Shown here: positions 47,869-61,517 of the stretch, piece after piece
Position numbering within the stretch: position 1 is the stretch's first letter
Layout of the letters: each line of letters starts with the position of its first letter
Assembly (NCBI RefSeq): GCF_006345805.1
Contig: NC_043021.1
Span: 11,780,001 to 11,844,000 of the forward strand
Origin: Octopus sinensis
Taxonomy: Eukaryota
Reading direction: 5' to 3'
Length of the DNA stretch: 64,000 nucleotides
Translations under genes and position numbers: made by a program
Notes under the pieces: generated by a model
Told to the model about the DNA's origin: nothing
What the model saw: only the letters and a program-made list of their open reading frames with translations
The model's database searches: none

Positions 47869-48078
47869 ATGTGTTTGTGTGTCTGTGTTTGTCCCCCTAG
47901 CATTGCTTGACAACCGATGCTTGTGTGTTTACGTCCCCGTCACTTAGCGGTTCGGCAAAAGAGAACGATAGAATAAGTACTGGTCTTACAAAGAATAAGT
48001 CCCGGGGTCGATTTGCTTGACTAAAGGCGGTGCTCCAGCATGGCCGCAGTCAAATGACTGAAACAGGTAAAAGAGAGT
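47664..48078 (+). mobile_element. SINE family A, young subfamily copy
   Basis: Shares diagnostic variants (GGCATCTTGGG, CTGCTATAGCCC, CAGTGCCTTG) with 47190-47470 and 44820-45172; many further family A copies lie between 49280 and 59790. Confidence 0.85.
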
Positions 48079-48885
48079 ATTGAACTTCAGATAGAATAAA
48101 GTAAAATATAGCTGTGAATAAATGGTGCATAGATTATGAATTTTGATTGAAGGGATGGGGCCTTGAAATAAAAAAAGTTGCATGGAGACCTCTAAAAGTC
48201 ATGCGATGGAGCTGATTGCAAAGGGCCATCCCTGTCACATTCTGTGTCATACTGGATCTCCCTGAGAACTACGTTAAATGATGGTGGTGGTGGTGGTGGT
48301 GTGTGTGTGTGTTTAAGAAAATATTCCCTCTGCACTGAATTCTTATCTACCTTTTAGGTAGTGAGATTCAACTAGAAACTATAGCGCTGGGCCAACCAAA
48401 ACCCCAAGAGTGGATTAGGTGGACAGAAACTGTGTGTTCATGCCTCCTTGTCTTGGCATTGTGTGTGTATGTGTGTGTGTGTCTGTGTGCGAGAGATCAA
48501 ATGTAACCTTTTCATGACTGTATTTATTTTGAGATGCTCTGTGTTTCTTTCAATTACTTTAAATATAACAAAGAATTTAGTAAAACAACTTAGTTATCAT
48601 TAAGTTAGTGTTAGGAATATGAATTGTGATTAAGGTTTGGTGTAAGATTTTTTAATTCAAAACCTATGGAAACAAGACATTTGTACGATGACTGATGGGG
48701 GAACAACAAGCAAGTGTATTAATATGACACTCGGGAGGAATGGAAAAGATGTGTGTGTGTGTGGGGGGGGGTGAATAAACACACAAGCTTCTTTCAGTTT
48801 CTGTCTACCGAATCCACTCACAAGGTTTCGGTCGGCGCAGCGCTATAGTTTCGGGTTCAATTTCACCATCTTTTATCGTCTGTAG

Positions 48886-48985
48886 ATTTCTGAGGAGATT
48901 GATCACCAAATCAGAACATTCTGGAAGCTTACTGGCCAGAAACCGACCCATATTGACGGACATCAACATATCCACGTAATCCCAG
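48886..48985 (+). CDS. YDJC: YDJC exon 3
   Basis: CTGTAG acceptor; ISEEIDHQIRTFWKLTGQKPTHIDGHQHIHVIP with the DGHQH motif; donor GTGAGC, phase 1. Confidence 0.93.
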
Positions 48986-49914
48986 GTGAGCGCAGACAAC
49001 TCTGCATTCATTTTACATTTCCCCCCAAATCTTTAAACCACCCAAGTTATCTCCCTTGCAGTAAGTGGTTGCTCAAGAAATTTGTTTCGCAACCGAGTGG
49101 TTATGGCTTTGATCCGACTACGTGGCACCTCCTTCAATAGTTGCATTCTATCCTAGCCTCAGGTCGACAATTGGCTTGTGAGTGAAATTTGCTAGAGTGA
49201 TACTGTAAGGGAGTCTGGCATGTGTGTGTATATTTGGGTGCATGCACATGTCCTAGTTATTGCATGCATGCATACATGACGAGCTTCTTTCAGTTTCCGT
49301 CTACCAAATCCACTCACAAGGCTTTGGTTAGCCCAAGGCTATAGTAGAGGACACCTGCCCAAGGTGCCATGCAGTGGGGACTGAACCCGGAACCATGTGG
49401 TTGGTAAGCAAGCTGCTTACCACACAGCCACTCCTGTGTCAATACTCTTTTACTTGTTTCAGTCATTTGACTGTGGCCATGCTGGAGCACCGCCTTTTTA
49501 GTCGAACAAATCGACCCCAGGACTTATTTTTTGTAAGCCTAGTACTTATTCTATCGGTCTCTTTTGCCGAACCGCTAAGTTACGGGGACGTAAACACATC
49601 AGCATCAGTTGTCAAGCGATGTTGGGGGGACAAACACAGGCACACTAACATATACAGACACACATACATACATATATATATACATATATAGGACGGGCTT
49701 CTTTCAGTTTCCGTCTTCTAAATCCACTCACAAGGCTTTGGTCAGCCCGAGGCTATAGTAGAAGACACTCACCCAAGGTGCTACGCAGTGGGATTGAACC
49801 CGGAACCATGTGGTTCGTAAGCAAGCTACTTAGCACACAGCCACACTAAAAATATATCTCGAATATATCTCAATGAAGTCATATATTTTTATTTTTACTT
49901 TTTGGTTTTGGTAG

Positions 49915-50092
49915 CTGTAATGAAGATTTTGGCCCCTCAAATGGTTTCAAATGCCATAGACATAACAAGAATCCCTCATGAACGACAACTAAACTCATGT
50001 CACTGGTTATCACAGACATCTAGAAGCTTTTTTGAAAGTGTAATTGATGATGCCCTTGTATCTAAAGACATCTGCTTGAAAAATGGTATTCA
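49915..50092 (+). CDS. YDJC: YDJC exon 4
   Basis: TTGGTAG acceptor; AVMKILAPQ...TRIPHERQLNSCHWL...KNGI; donor GTAAGT, phase 2; phases are compatible with exons 3 and 5. Confidence 0.88.
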
Positions 50093-51877
50093 GTAAGTTT
50101 CCCTTAAAATTTTTTTTCTTTCTCATGCCGGTGACACATGAAAGACACCCATGCCGGTGACATGCTAAAGGCACCCGTGCTGTGGACATGTTGAAGGCAT
50201 CCATGCAGGTGATACATAAAAGGCATCCCGTACACTCTGTGAAGTGGTTGGCATTAGGAAGGGCATCCAGCCATAAAAAACAAACAAACCAAAACAAACT
50301 ATTGCCTAGTGCAGTTCTCTGGCTTACCATCTCTAGTTAATCCAGCACAGACAACAGGTGTTAGATGATGATGATGGATTTTTATAATCCCTTTTTGCTT
50401 ATCTCAATGGATTATCTGTTTAACCCCTTTTTTTATCATATTTCTGTTGAAATACAATAACCGTTTTTATAAATATTGAAAATACTGAAAAAATTTGAAG
50501 ATAATTATATCATACACATCCCTGCTCACTGCTATATCAGGGCAGAGATGGCTATTTGCAAGTGTGAACCCTGTGAGTCAGAGTAGCATTCCAAGCACCT
50601 CTCTGGGGCAATGCCGTTACCTTTTGGTCGACTGGGATCATGAGGAGAGTTAACAAGCCTTTTTAAATATTACTTGTCTCGGGAAGAGTCATTTTATTTA
50701 TTCTTTTACACTCTTACTTGCTTCAGTCATTTGACTGTGGCCATGCTGGAGCCCTTCCTAATGCCAACCACTGCAAGTGTGTAACGATGCCTTTTACATA
50801 TCACCAGCATTGGTGACTTTTACGTGTATGTGTGTCTTTGTGTTTGTCTCCCACCACTGCTTGACAACTGGTGTTGGTGTGTTTACATCCCCATAACTTA
50901 TTGGTTTGGCAAAAGAGACCAATAGAATAAGTACCAGGTTTAAAAAAAAAAAAACAAATGGTGGGGCCAATTAGTTTGACCAAAATTCCTCAAGGCAGTG
51001 CCCCAGCATGGCTGCAGCCTAATGACTGAAGCAAATAAAAGATAAAACTTGATCCATTTAGGGATGGTAGGGTTCATATTGGGTTCATATGGTAGGGTTC
51101 ATATTGGGCCTGTAACCAATCAGAAATCATTATCGTTAACTTCACATGTTAAGCAGACTCATTATTGGTTTCAAATGTTTATTAGCACAAGGCCAGCAAT
51201 TTCAGAGAGGGAGGTAAGTTGATTACATCAACCCCAGTGCTCAGCTAGTACTTATTTTATTGTCCCCGGATGGTATGAAAGGCAAAGTTGACCTCAGCAG
51301 AATTTGAACTTATAACATTAATACCAAAAGAAATTTCACTAAGCATTTTGTCCAGTGTGCTAATGAATCTGCCATCTTGTTGCCTTACAAATCATCATCA
51401 TCATCGTCATCGTTTAACGTCCGTTTTCCATGCTAGCATGGGTTGGACGGTTCGACCTGGGTCTGGGAAGCCAGGAGGCTGCACCAGGCACCAGTCTGAT
51501 CTGGCAGTGTTTCTACAGCTGGATGCCCTTCCTAACGCCAACCACTCCATGAGTGTAGTGGGTGCTTTTTACATGCCACCGGCACAGGGGCCAGAGGAGG
51601 CTGGCAACCGGCCACAATCGGTTGGTGCTTTTATGTGTCACCGACACAGACGCCAGTCAGGCGGCTCTGGCATCTGCCACATTCGACAGTGCTTTTCTTT
51701 TAACGTTTTTTAATGTTTTTAATAGTAGTTCAAATTTTGATGCAAGACTGGCAAGTTCAGGGGACCAGGTAAGTCAGTTACATTGATCCCAGGGTCAACT
51801 AACCAACACTTATTTTATAGAACCTGAAGTGATGAAAGGTGAAGTCAACTTAGTGTTATTTGGGAGAAAAAGGAAAA

Positions 51878-52345
51878 AAATAGCATCCAGTCCACAGTTG
51901 TAAAGTGGTTGGCATTTGGAAGGGCATCCAGTTGTAAAGGACATGCCAAAAAACTGACCATACCTGTGCAGGTGCCACATAATAAAAAGCACTCAGTCCA
52001 CTCTGCCGAGTGGCTGGTGTTAAAAAGAGCATCCAGCCATAAAAAGCCCTGCCAAAACAGACACTGAAGTCTAGTGCGGTCTTCTGCCTGGCCAGCTCCT
52101 GTCAAACCAACCAGCCCATGCCAGCACGGAAGGGGATGTTAAATGATGATGATGATGATGAGGAGAATGGTGATGATGATATGACGATGTGGATGATGAT
52201 GATGACGATGATGATGATGATGACGATGACTATGATGATGATGGTAATGATGATGATGATGGTGATGATGATGACGACGACGATGATGACGACGATCATG
52301 ATGATGATGACGACGATGATCATGACTATGATGATGATGATGAGG
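51878..52345 (+). repeat. Family D element ending in an about 200-bp expanded (GAT/GAC)n tract
   Basis: Family D core at about 51900-52140, then GATGATGAC repeats to about 52345. Confidence 0.8.
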
Positions 52346-52507
52346 AGGAGGAGCGTAAAGATGGACAAAAGGCCGCTAAGTATTTTACCCATCATACTGA
52401 CAATTCTGCCAGTTCACTGCCCTAATGTAAATTCATTATCATTAAAAGAAAACACCGGCTGAAATGTCGGAGTGCACATTGGGCTCACACAGCCAGTCAA
52501 TTTTATG

Positions 52508-52920
52508 GGCAGACACCCATAAAATTATCAACCATCGCACAAACAATAACTCTGAGCACCTCTTCAAACTCCACCCATCTAACACCCGTGGACATATTTA
52601 CAAAGTAAGAAAACAGCACAGCTCCCATGACTTCAGGAAACATTTTTTCACGCTGAGAGTTGCTGAAGCATGGAACAAACTGCCGGCGTCGGTTGTTAGT
52701 TGTCGGAGCACTGCATCCTTCAAGGCTTCCATGCTTCCTGAGATTCGCCAACACTACACTTGATTTTCTCCCCTCCATGCACACACGGGCATGTATCTGA
52801 CTCATACATTGTTCGCTTTCCGGACATTTCTACATTACTGCATGTACTTTATATGCACTTTCTGACAAGTTGTGGTGCACCTGAGCACTGTATACAATAA
52901 TTTCATTATTATTATTATTA
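52508..52920 (+). mobile_element. CR1/L2-group LINE 3' fragment, second copy
   Basis: Nearly identical to 8391-8778; (ATT)n tail. Confidence 0.9.
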
Positions 52921-55900
52921 TTTTATTTTAATCCATTGATCAAACAAACGAGACAGATTCGACATATTTCTTTTTCTGGTAGGGAGTGTTTATAGTTTAG
53001 TCTATTATAGAGAAGTGTAGGAAGGAAATGGTAATATGTTACGAGAGATAAAAGCTGACATCCAGCATTTCTTGTCAATAATGGTCCATTGTTATTAGTT
53101 GACAAAGGACAGGAAAGACATGGGATCAAATCTAGATACTGGCATAAGTGCTGATATTAAAAGAAGATGCTTTAGTGTAGATTAAGTGGATGATAGGATG
53201 ATGGGAGCTCATGCAAACACACACACACACGCACATATGTCTGTGGATGTGTCCATACACAGACATATGCTTATAGAATGGAAGTTAAAAATAGTTTGAA
53301 ACAGACTTTAGGCGCAGGAGTGGCTGTGTGGTAAGTAGCTTGTTTACCAACCACATGGTCCCAGGTTCAGTCCCACTGCGTAACACCTTGGGCAAGTGTC
53401 TTCTACTATAGCCTCGGGCTGACCAAAGCCTTGTGAGTGGATTTGGTAGATGAAAACTGAAAGAAGCCCGTCGTATATATGTATATATATATATATATAC
53501 GTGTGTGTGTTTGTCCCCCTAGCATTGCTTGACAACCGATGCTGGTGTGTTTATGTCTCCGTTACTTAGCGGTTCGGTAAAAGAGACCAATAGAATAAGT
53601 ACTGGGCTTACAAAGAATAAGTCCCGGGGTCGAGTTGCTCGATTAAAGGCGGTGCTCCAGCATGGCTGCAGTCAGATGACTGAAACAAGTAAAAGAGTAA
53701 AAGAGTATGTTGTATAGAAAAACTAGGCGTGGCTGTGTGGTAAGTACTAGGCTTGCAAAAAATAAGTTCTTGGGTCAATTTGTTCGACTAAAGGTGGTGC
53801 TCCAGCGTGGCCACAGTCAAAATGACTGAAACAAATAAAAGAAGAAAAGGAAGAAAAAAAAGAATAAAGATGAGATTTAACCCTTTAGTGTTCAGATTAC
53901 TCTGTTAAAATGTAATATTTTTTCACTCAAATTGTTTTGAAAAATCAGGCATTATTTTATAGCTTTGAGGTTTCAATGATGTGATTGTTTATTTTTAGAA
54001 TGTCAATGTAGGTTAGGTGTGAGAGGCTAGAAATGGCCAGTTTGAATATAAAACATGTAGAATATCTGGGCCAGATATGGCCGGTTTAAACACTAAAGGG
54101 TTAAGGTATCAGAGAAGAGGATTGTTGCAGAGGAGCTACATGATAACTTACAAAACAAACTGATGAAAAATATTGTCCTTTCAATTGGAAAAAGATGACC
54201 TGTGCCACCTCAACCTTTATAACTAAGATATTTTGCTAAATATTTTGTTATATAGGTGTAGGAGTGGCTGTGTGGTAAGTAGCTTGCTTACGAATCACAT
54301 GATTCCAGGTTCAGTCCCACTGCATGGCACCTTGAAACCAGCTCTGGCTCTGAGTACAAATGTCTTGTTTTCAAAAGTTTTGAATTAAAATCTTCCACCA
54401 AACCTTTGTCACAATTTATGTTCCTAACACTAGCTTAATGATAACTAAGATATTTTACTAAATACTTTGTTATATAGGTGTAGGAGTGGCTGTGTGGTAA
54501 GTAGCTTGCTTACGAACCACATGATTCCAGGTTCAGTCCCACTGCATGGCACCTTGGGCAAGTGTCTCCTACTGTAGCTTTGGGCCGACCAAAGCCTTGT
54601 GAGTGGATTTGGTAGACAGAAACTGAAAGAAGCCTATCACATATACATATATATATATATATATGTGTGTATGTGTTTGTGTGTCTATGTTTGTCCCCCC
54701 AACATTGCTTGACAACCGATGCTGGTGTGTTTACGTCCCCGTAACTTAGCTGTTCGGCAAAAGAGAACGATAGAATAAGTACTGGGCTTGCAAAGAATAT
54801 GTCCTGGGGTCGATTTGCTCGACTAAAGGCGGTGCTCCAGCATGGCCACAGTCAAATGACTGAAACAAGCAAAAGAGTAAAGAGTATATTTAAAGTAACT
54901 GAAAGAAACACAGAGCATCTCGAAATGAATAAAGTAGCAAAAGGGTTAATCCAGCCCATTGTGATGACAGTCATTTCGTTTTGACATTGTAGTCATATTC
55001 CCGTGTGTTGTTAGCTGTTATGACACTTTACAGACTGGTGTCATTATCGCATGAACTATTAAACAATGCCTGAATCAACGGTTGTCACTCAGTATTCTGT
55101 TTGAACAACAGTCAGCAAATTTTGTGGCAGTATCATCATCATCATCATCATCATCATTTAGCGTCCGCTTTCCATGCCTAGCATGGGTTGGACGGTTCAA
55201 CTGGGGTCTGGGAAGCCAGAAGGCTGCACCAGGCCCAGTCTGATCTGGCAATGTTTCTACGGCTGGATGCCCTTCCTAACGCCAACCACTCCGTGAGTGT
55301 AGTGAGTGCTTTTTACGTGCCACTGGCACAGGTGCCAGGGCCACGATCACAAATGGTCAGGAGGCAATTTTCAAAGATCTCAATAAGCACTTTTACAATG
55401 TGATTTTAATCCATCATTTTGGAACATCATCCAGATTTGGAATTGTTTTCAGTGGATATTCTGATAAACCTGCTAAAATATCAAAATCTGCTGAAATATA
55501 GAATAGAGACTGTCAGAATGATGTGGTCGCTTCTGATAAGAACCCAATAAAATTCGAAAATCGATTAAGGTTGTTCATCATTTTAGGTGTAGGAGTGGCT
55601 GTGTGGTAAGTAGCTTGCTTATGAACTACATGGTTCCGGGTTCAGTCCTACTGTGTGGTACTTTGGGCAAGTGTGTTCTACTATAGCCTTGGGCCAACCA
55701 AAGCCTTGTGAGTGAATTTGGTAGACAGAAACTGAAAGAAGCCCATCGTATGTATATATATATATATGTATGTGTGTGTGCATATGTTTGTGTGTCTGTG
55801 TTTGTTCCCCTAACAGTGCTTAACAACTGATGCTGGTTTGTTTAGTTCTCGTAACTTAGCGGTTCGGCAAAATGACACCAATAGAATAAGTACGAGGCTT

Positions 55901-56349
55901 ACAAAGAATAAGTCCTGGAGTTGATGTGCTCGACTAAAGGTGGTGCTCCAGCATGGCCACAGTCAAATGACTGAAACAAGTAAAAGAGTATATAAGGCGC
56001 ATGACTCAGTGGTTAAGGTGTTGCACTCACGATTGCGAGATTGTGGGTTCGATTCCTAGACCGGGTGTAGCGTTGTGTTCTTGAGCAAAGCACTTCATTT
56101 CACATTGCTCTGCAGTCATTTCGTCATCTGACATGTGGCACCCATTGCACCTGGTGGCACATAAAGACACAAAGATGCCACTAAGCATTTTCAGGAAAAC
56201 TTATTTTTTCAACGAATTTCAGTTATCAGATGATTTATATTCTTAATAATTAAATATCAGTCGGGGTGGATGAGAAATATAGCCGGTGGTCAGAAGTAAG
56301 GTCCGAGAAAATAACATTCTTCCACTGCTCTAGGGACCAATTCTGTAGG

Positions 56350-56932
56350 CTTTTATTCCACACGAAATACTTTGTAATGTTTGTTTTTGAAAGTAGTGGT
56401 TTTCTGATTGCAGCCCTCCTGTGAAATGTGGCTTTGTGCAGCTCCCGGCGAACAGTTTTTGTGGAAGCTGGTTCTTGAGGTGGTTATTAAGCTCTGCAGT
56501 AATTTTGGGAGCTGTACTTTTGTGATCCTTTCTAACGATTCAAGTAAGAGTTTGAGAGTCCCTATCTGAAAGTTTTGGTTTTCTTCTGGAGTTTTGTTCC
56601 GACAAGGAAGTTTTTCTCTGTTTCTCAAAGGCTGTCATTACTTTTGAGACAGTACTTCTTGATACACCAAACATTTCGGCTGTTTTCGTTACGCTAGCAC
56701 CTGCCATAGGAGCACCAACAATTTGACCTCTTTGAAAGTCCGATAGATCTGTCATCTTACTGAATTTTAATTACCTTTTACATGTGATATCTGAAAAGAA
56801 ACAGCAATTTTAGCAAAACATATTAAGCAACACTATTAATAAATCAAAAAACATAAAAATAAACAAGCTCTTGAAGGTTTTATAGATATTTCAAAATTAT
56901 GATGCTATGATTATTTTGTCCAACCCCTGTAG
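56350..56932 (-). mobile_element. Tc1-like transposon 5' relic (TIR plus HTH region of the transposase)
   Basis: TIR TACAGGGGTTGGACAAAATA; MTDLSDFQRGQIVGA...SVTKTAEMFGVSRSTVSKV...RKPKLSDRD. Confidence 0.8.
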
Positions 56933-57435
56933 ATCAGTTATTAATTGACATAGCATGCACGTACACACACACATATGTTGACTTTAGTGTATGTAGATCA
57001 ATAATTAACTGACATTGCTTGGTGTGGCTTGTATTAGACTAATGATAAAGGTCATCAATATACAACTGTGCAGTTGCAAGCATGCTATAGCAGATGGTTA
57101 ATATGCTGTTTTGAAATGTCTGCTTCCTTTGCAACAGACTTCGAACAGTATGGTCAGTCCATCACCAAAACAATAAACTTTGTTGTGTTCTCCTCCTGAG
57201 TGCCTTAAACACACATCTCTATTACTCTTTTACTCATTTCAGTCATTTGACTGTGGCCATGCTGGAGCACCGCCTTTTTAGTCGAACAAATCGACACCAG
57301 ATCTTATTTTTTGTAAGCCTAGTACTTATTCTATCGGACTCTTTTTTGCCGAATTGCTAATTGATGGGGGATGTAAACACACCAACATCGGTTGTCAAGC
57401 GATAGTGGCGGGGGGGGGACAAACGCAAACACAAA

Positions 57436-57470
<35 letters not shown>

Positions 57471-57919
57471 CACGACAGGCTTCTTTCAGTTTCCGTCTAC
57501 CAAATCTACTCACAAGGCTTTGGTCAGCCCGAGGCTATAGTAGAAGACACTTGCCCAAGGTGCCACACAGTGGGACTGAACCTGGAACCATGTGGTTGGT
57601 AAGCAAGCTTCTTACCACACAGCCACATTATTTTATTAAATTATTCTGTCAAAATTTATACTTATTTTTTTCTCATTGTTTTGAATTAATCATGCATTAT
57701 CTAGTAACATTGCGATTTTGATGATGGGATTCTCTTTTGCTCTTTTATTTGTTTCAGTCATTTAGTCAAGCAAATCGACCCCAGGACTTATTCTTTGTAA
57801 GCCTAGTACATATTCTATCAGGCTCTTTTGCCAAACCACTAAGTTACAGGGACGTAAACACACCAGCATTGGTTGTCAAGTGATGTGGGGGGATCAAAAA
57901 CACAGACACACACACACAA

Positions 57920-57952
<33 letters not shown>

Positions 57953-58629
57953 TACGATGGGCTTCTTTCAGTTTCCATCTACCAAATCCACTCACAAGGC
58001 TTTGGTCGGCTTGAGGCTATAGTAGAAGACACTCACCCAAAGTGCCACGCAGTGGGACTGAACCCGGAACCATGTGGTTCATAAGCAAGCTACTTACCAC
58101 ACAGCCACACCTACACCTTATCTTGTAACTTTGAGACTGTTTATTTTTAGAATGACATTGTAAGGTAGGTGTGAGTGGCCAAATTAGGCCAGTTAAACCC
58201 TTTAGCATTCAGATTACTCTGGTCAAAAGTAATGCTTATTTATTCACATTGCTTTGAATTAATCATGCATTATCTCGTAACTTTGAGATTTTGATGAGGT
58301 AACTTAATTTTTAGAATGATATTGTCAGGTTGGTGTGAGAGGCCAGATCTGGCCAGTTTGAACATAAGACAGGAAGAATATTTTGGCTGGATATGGCTGG
58401 TTCAAATGCTAAAGGTTCAATGGGTAATCTAGCTAAATCTTGGCAGTGTTAGTAAAGTATATTCTAGTCATATCCTGGAGCCAATTCATTTGACTACATC
58501 CTTCCCCTAATAATTTTATGATGCTGTGGTTATTTAGACATTTGGTATTTATTTTCATAAAACAGTAGCTGCAACACATCATGATGTATATTTTTTTTAT
58601 AGTTGTTCATCATTATTATTATTATTACT

Positions 58630-58870
58630 ATTCTGTTTTGTCTGGGGAGAGTCATTTTCTTTTTGTGCCTTATAATTTAACGCACTCACTCGTAGAATTT
58701 CCACTTATTTCATATTTTTATTTTCCTAAAATTTTCGTAGCGTCTTGCAACCTTTTCAATAATCTTGATTCTCTTAGTGTTTGTACTGAGAGTCAAGACT
58801 ATTGAAAAGGTTGCAAGACACAACGAAAATTTTAGGAAAATAAAAATGAGGAATAAGTGGAAATTTTACT
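58630..58870. repeat. Hairpin element of the TATTCTGTTGTGTCTGGGG family (right arm truncated)
   Basis: Inverted arms around the loop TTAGTGTTTGTACT; related single arms at about 17840-17990 and 18770-18850. Confidence 0.7.
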
Positions 58871-58925
58871 GGTGTGTTTAATGAAATCTTTTTCCCACTT
58901 AAAATTTTTTTTTTTTATTTTACAG

Positions 58926-59253
58926 TTTTTCAGATGCATTTCTTGGTCTGAGTACCATGGGAACCAATATGAGTATCAGAAACCTCCAGGAAAGAATTTG
59001 CACGGTGTTGGCTATGTGGAAGGAAAAACAGCCAAAGAATGCTGGAAGCACCACCGTGATGCCATGGTTATGTGAGTTGATGGTACATCCTGGTTATGTC
59101 ACTGGCAACATTGGAGGCTGTGGGATAGGTCCTGACGAATTTTCTCAGTCAAATGAACGACAACATGAAATGGAAATTCTAAAAGAGATGGCATTAATGA
59201 ATTTTTACCAAAAACATAGCATAGAACTGACATCTTTTAAAACCCTTTTTTAA
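58926..59253 (+). CDS. YDJC: YDJC exon 5 (terminal)
   Basis: TTTACAG acceptor, phase 2; (H)FSDAFLGLSTMG...ELMVHPGY...GGCGIGPDEFSQSNERQHEMEIL; total CDS 942 nt, 313 aa. Confidence 0.93.
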
Positions 59254-60069
59254 TAATAATAATGATAATGATTCATTTTATTTTTTATTGCCAACAGGGT
59301 TCGTTCATCTGTACAAAAAAAATGTAGAATGTACAAAGTTTTATAAAACCAAGGGATGGGGCAAAGACATAAAATATACAAAAAGGAATTAAATTTTTAT
59401 TTTTTTAACATACACGAACAGAATGGCTGTGTGGTAAAAAGTTTGCTTCCCAGTTACGTGGTTCTGGGTTCAGTCCCACTGCATGGCAGCTTAGACAGTT
59501 GGGCAAGTGTCTCCTACTATAGGACGTTGTATATATGTGTGTGTGTGTGTGTGTCTGCATGTGTGTGTGTGTCTTTGCATCCATGTTTGCCCTCCACCAC
59601 TGCTTGACAAACTGGTATTGCTGTGTTTACGTTCCTGTAACTTAACAGTTTGGCAAAAGAGACCGATAGAATAAGTATCAAGCTTGGAAACACAAAATAA
59701 GTCCTGAGGTCGATTTGTTTGGCTAAAATCCATCAAAGCAGTGCCCCAGCCTGGCCACAGTCTAATGACTGAAACAAATAAAAGATAAAGATAGTATGAT
59801 ACATTCATCAAAACAGAATTCACTTCATGGTTTCTGTATTAATTTCAAATTTTGGCACAAGGCCAGCAATTTGGGGGAGAGTGTGAGACGATTACATCAA
59901 CCCCAGTACTCTACTGGTACTTATTTTATTGACCCCAAAAGGGTGAAAGGCAAAGTTAACCTTGAAACAGTTTGAGCTCAGAACGTAATGACTGTTGAAG
60001 TGCCGCTAAGCATTTTGCCTGGCCTGCTAAAGGTTCAGCCAGCTCACCACAATAATAATAATAATAAAT

Positions 60070-60280
60070 TTTTCTACTAAATGCACAAGGCCTGAAATTT
60101 TGGGGGATGGGACTAATCGATTACGTTGACCACAGTGTTTCACTGGTATTTAATTTATTGACCATGAAAGGATGAAAGGCAAAGTCGACCTCAGTGGAAT
60201 TTGAACTCAGAACCCACAAAAGGATGAAATGCTGCTAAGCATTTTGCTTGGCATGCTAATGATTCTGCCAGATTGCTGCC

Positions 60281-60282
<2 letters not shown>
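60070..60282 (-). mobile_element. Solitary SINE E with tail 2
   Basis: Head, body and tail 2 with no chain; similar solitary copies at about 51185-51380, 59858-60048 and 63728-63940. Confidence 0.8.
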
Positions 60283-60354
<72 letters not shown>

Positions 60355-60416
60355 GTAATAATTCGTTTTGGGATTTGGTTTGCAAGATTTTTTTTGTGAG
60401 TTTGTGTGTGGAAGCA

Positions 60417-60720
60417 TATTCTGTTGTGTCTGGGGAGAGTCATTCTCTTTTTGTGCCTTATAATTTAACACACACACCAGTGAAATTTCCACTTATTCCT
60501 CATTTTTATTTTCCTAAAATTTTTGTTGTGTCTTGCAACCTTTTCAATAGTCTTGACTCTCAGTACAAACACTAAGAGAATCAAGACTCTTGAAAAGGTT
60601 GCAAGACGCAATGAAAATTTTAGGAAAATAAAAATATGAAATAAGTGGAAATTTTACGGGTGAGTGTGTTAAATTATAAGGCACAAAAAGAAAATTACTG
60701 TCCCCAGACACAACAGAATA
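60417..60720. repeat. Hairpin element with about 145-bp imperfect arms flanked by (TAA)n tracts
   Basis: TATTCTGTTGTGTCTGGGGAG... is mirrored by ...CCCCAGACACAACAGAATA; loop AGTACAAACACTAA. Confidence 0.8.
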
Positions 60721-60899
60721 GTAATAATAATAATAATGATAATAATAATAATGATAATAACTATAAAAAAATATACATCACGATGTGTTGCAGCTACTGT
60801 TTATAACTCACTCTAAGATTTATTATTGCTTGATTACACCTTTTCAATATCAGTGTCTTTACGATACTGGAAAAAGTATATGTGTTTGTGAAGGGAACC

Positions 60900-61135
60900 T
60901 ACTTGTCATCGACAACTGTGATTGTCACATGCCAATGACGGGTCAATACTCAGAAACTTGAGTCCATGTGTATCATAAGTTGGAGATGGGAAGGATGGCT
61001 TCCCTTTGCAAATACTGATAGGGCACAGAAAGTGTGTCTATAGCCAGCTGGAGGAGGTGTCCTCCTGGGACTACAAACTACAGTAGCATCCACCCTTAGG
61101 GGTTAGCCATATTTAAATGGCAAATATATGTCACA
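60900..61135 (+). mobile_element. Single-arm copy of the Penelope-like repeat with a decayed hammerhead motif
   Basis: CACATG-CCAATGA-CGGGTCAATACTCA-GAAA-CTTGAG-TC-CATGTG; most differences from the 12162 copy are at CpGs. Confidence 0.7.
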
Positions 61136-61225
61136 ATGGAAACAGGCCCTAACAGCAAATGCAGAATATGCAACCAGCAGAAAATTGGCCACATCATCTC
61201 TGGCTGTCCAGTCCTTGAGGTTTTG
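61135..61225 (+). mobile_element. Short relic of an RLE-type (R2/R4/NeSL-like) LINE CCHC region
   Basis: KCRICNQQKIGHIISGCPVL resembles the CxxC...HxxxxC motif preceding restriction-like endonucleases. Confidence 0.4.
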
Positions 61226-61517
61226 CTAGCAGAATTTCCTTTCGGAATTTCTTCATTTAAAACATTAACTGACCGTGACTCTTTCATCCCTCCAGTTGTA
61301 GACTGGTTACGTGCTTCTGGCCATTTGAGTCTGACAAGTCACCAATATTGCTAAGTGCTTTACAGACACGAAACCAATGGTCATACTCTGACTGGCCATA
61401 ACAAACCACCTTCTAAATACATATGTGTATGTGTGTATGCATGTGTCCCCACTGCTTGACAATTTGTGTTGGTTTGTTTACGTCCCCTTAACTTAGTGGT
61501 TCGACAAGAGAACTGAT

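Noticed and set aside
52102-52425. Poly-Asp, poly-Met and poly-Ile ORFs
   Set aside because: These are translations of a (GAT)n tail of a family D element.
58857-59075. Alternative ORF and acceptor (TTTTCAG at 58933) for YDJC exon 5
   Set aside because: Phase-incompatible with the exon 4 donor and it would lose the conserved FSDAF alignment; the acceptor ending at 58925 fits.
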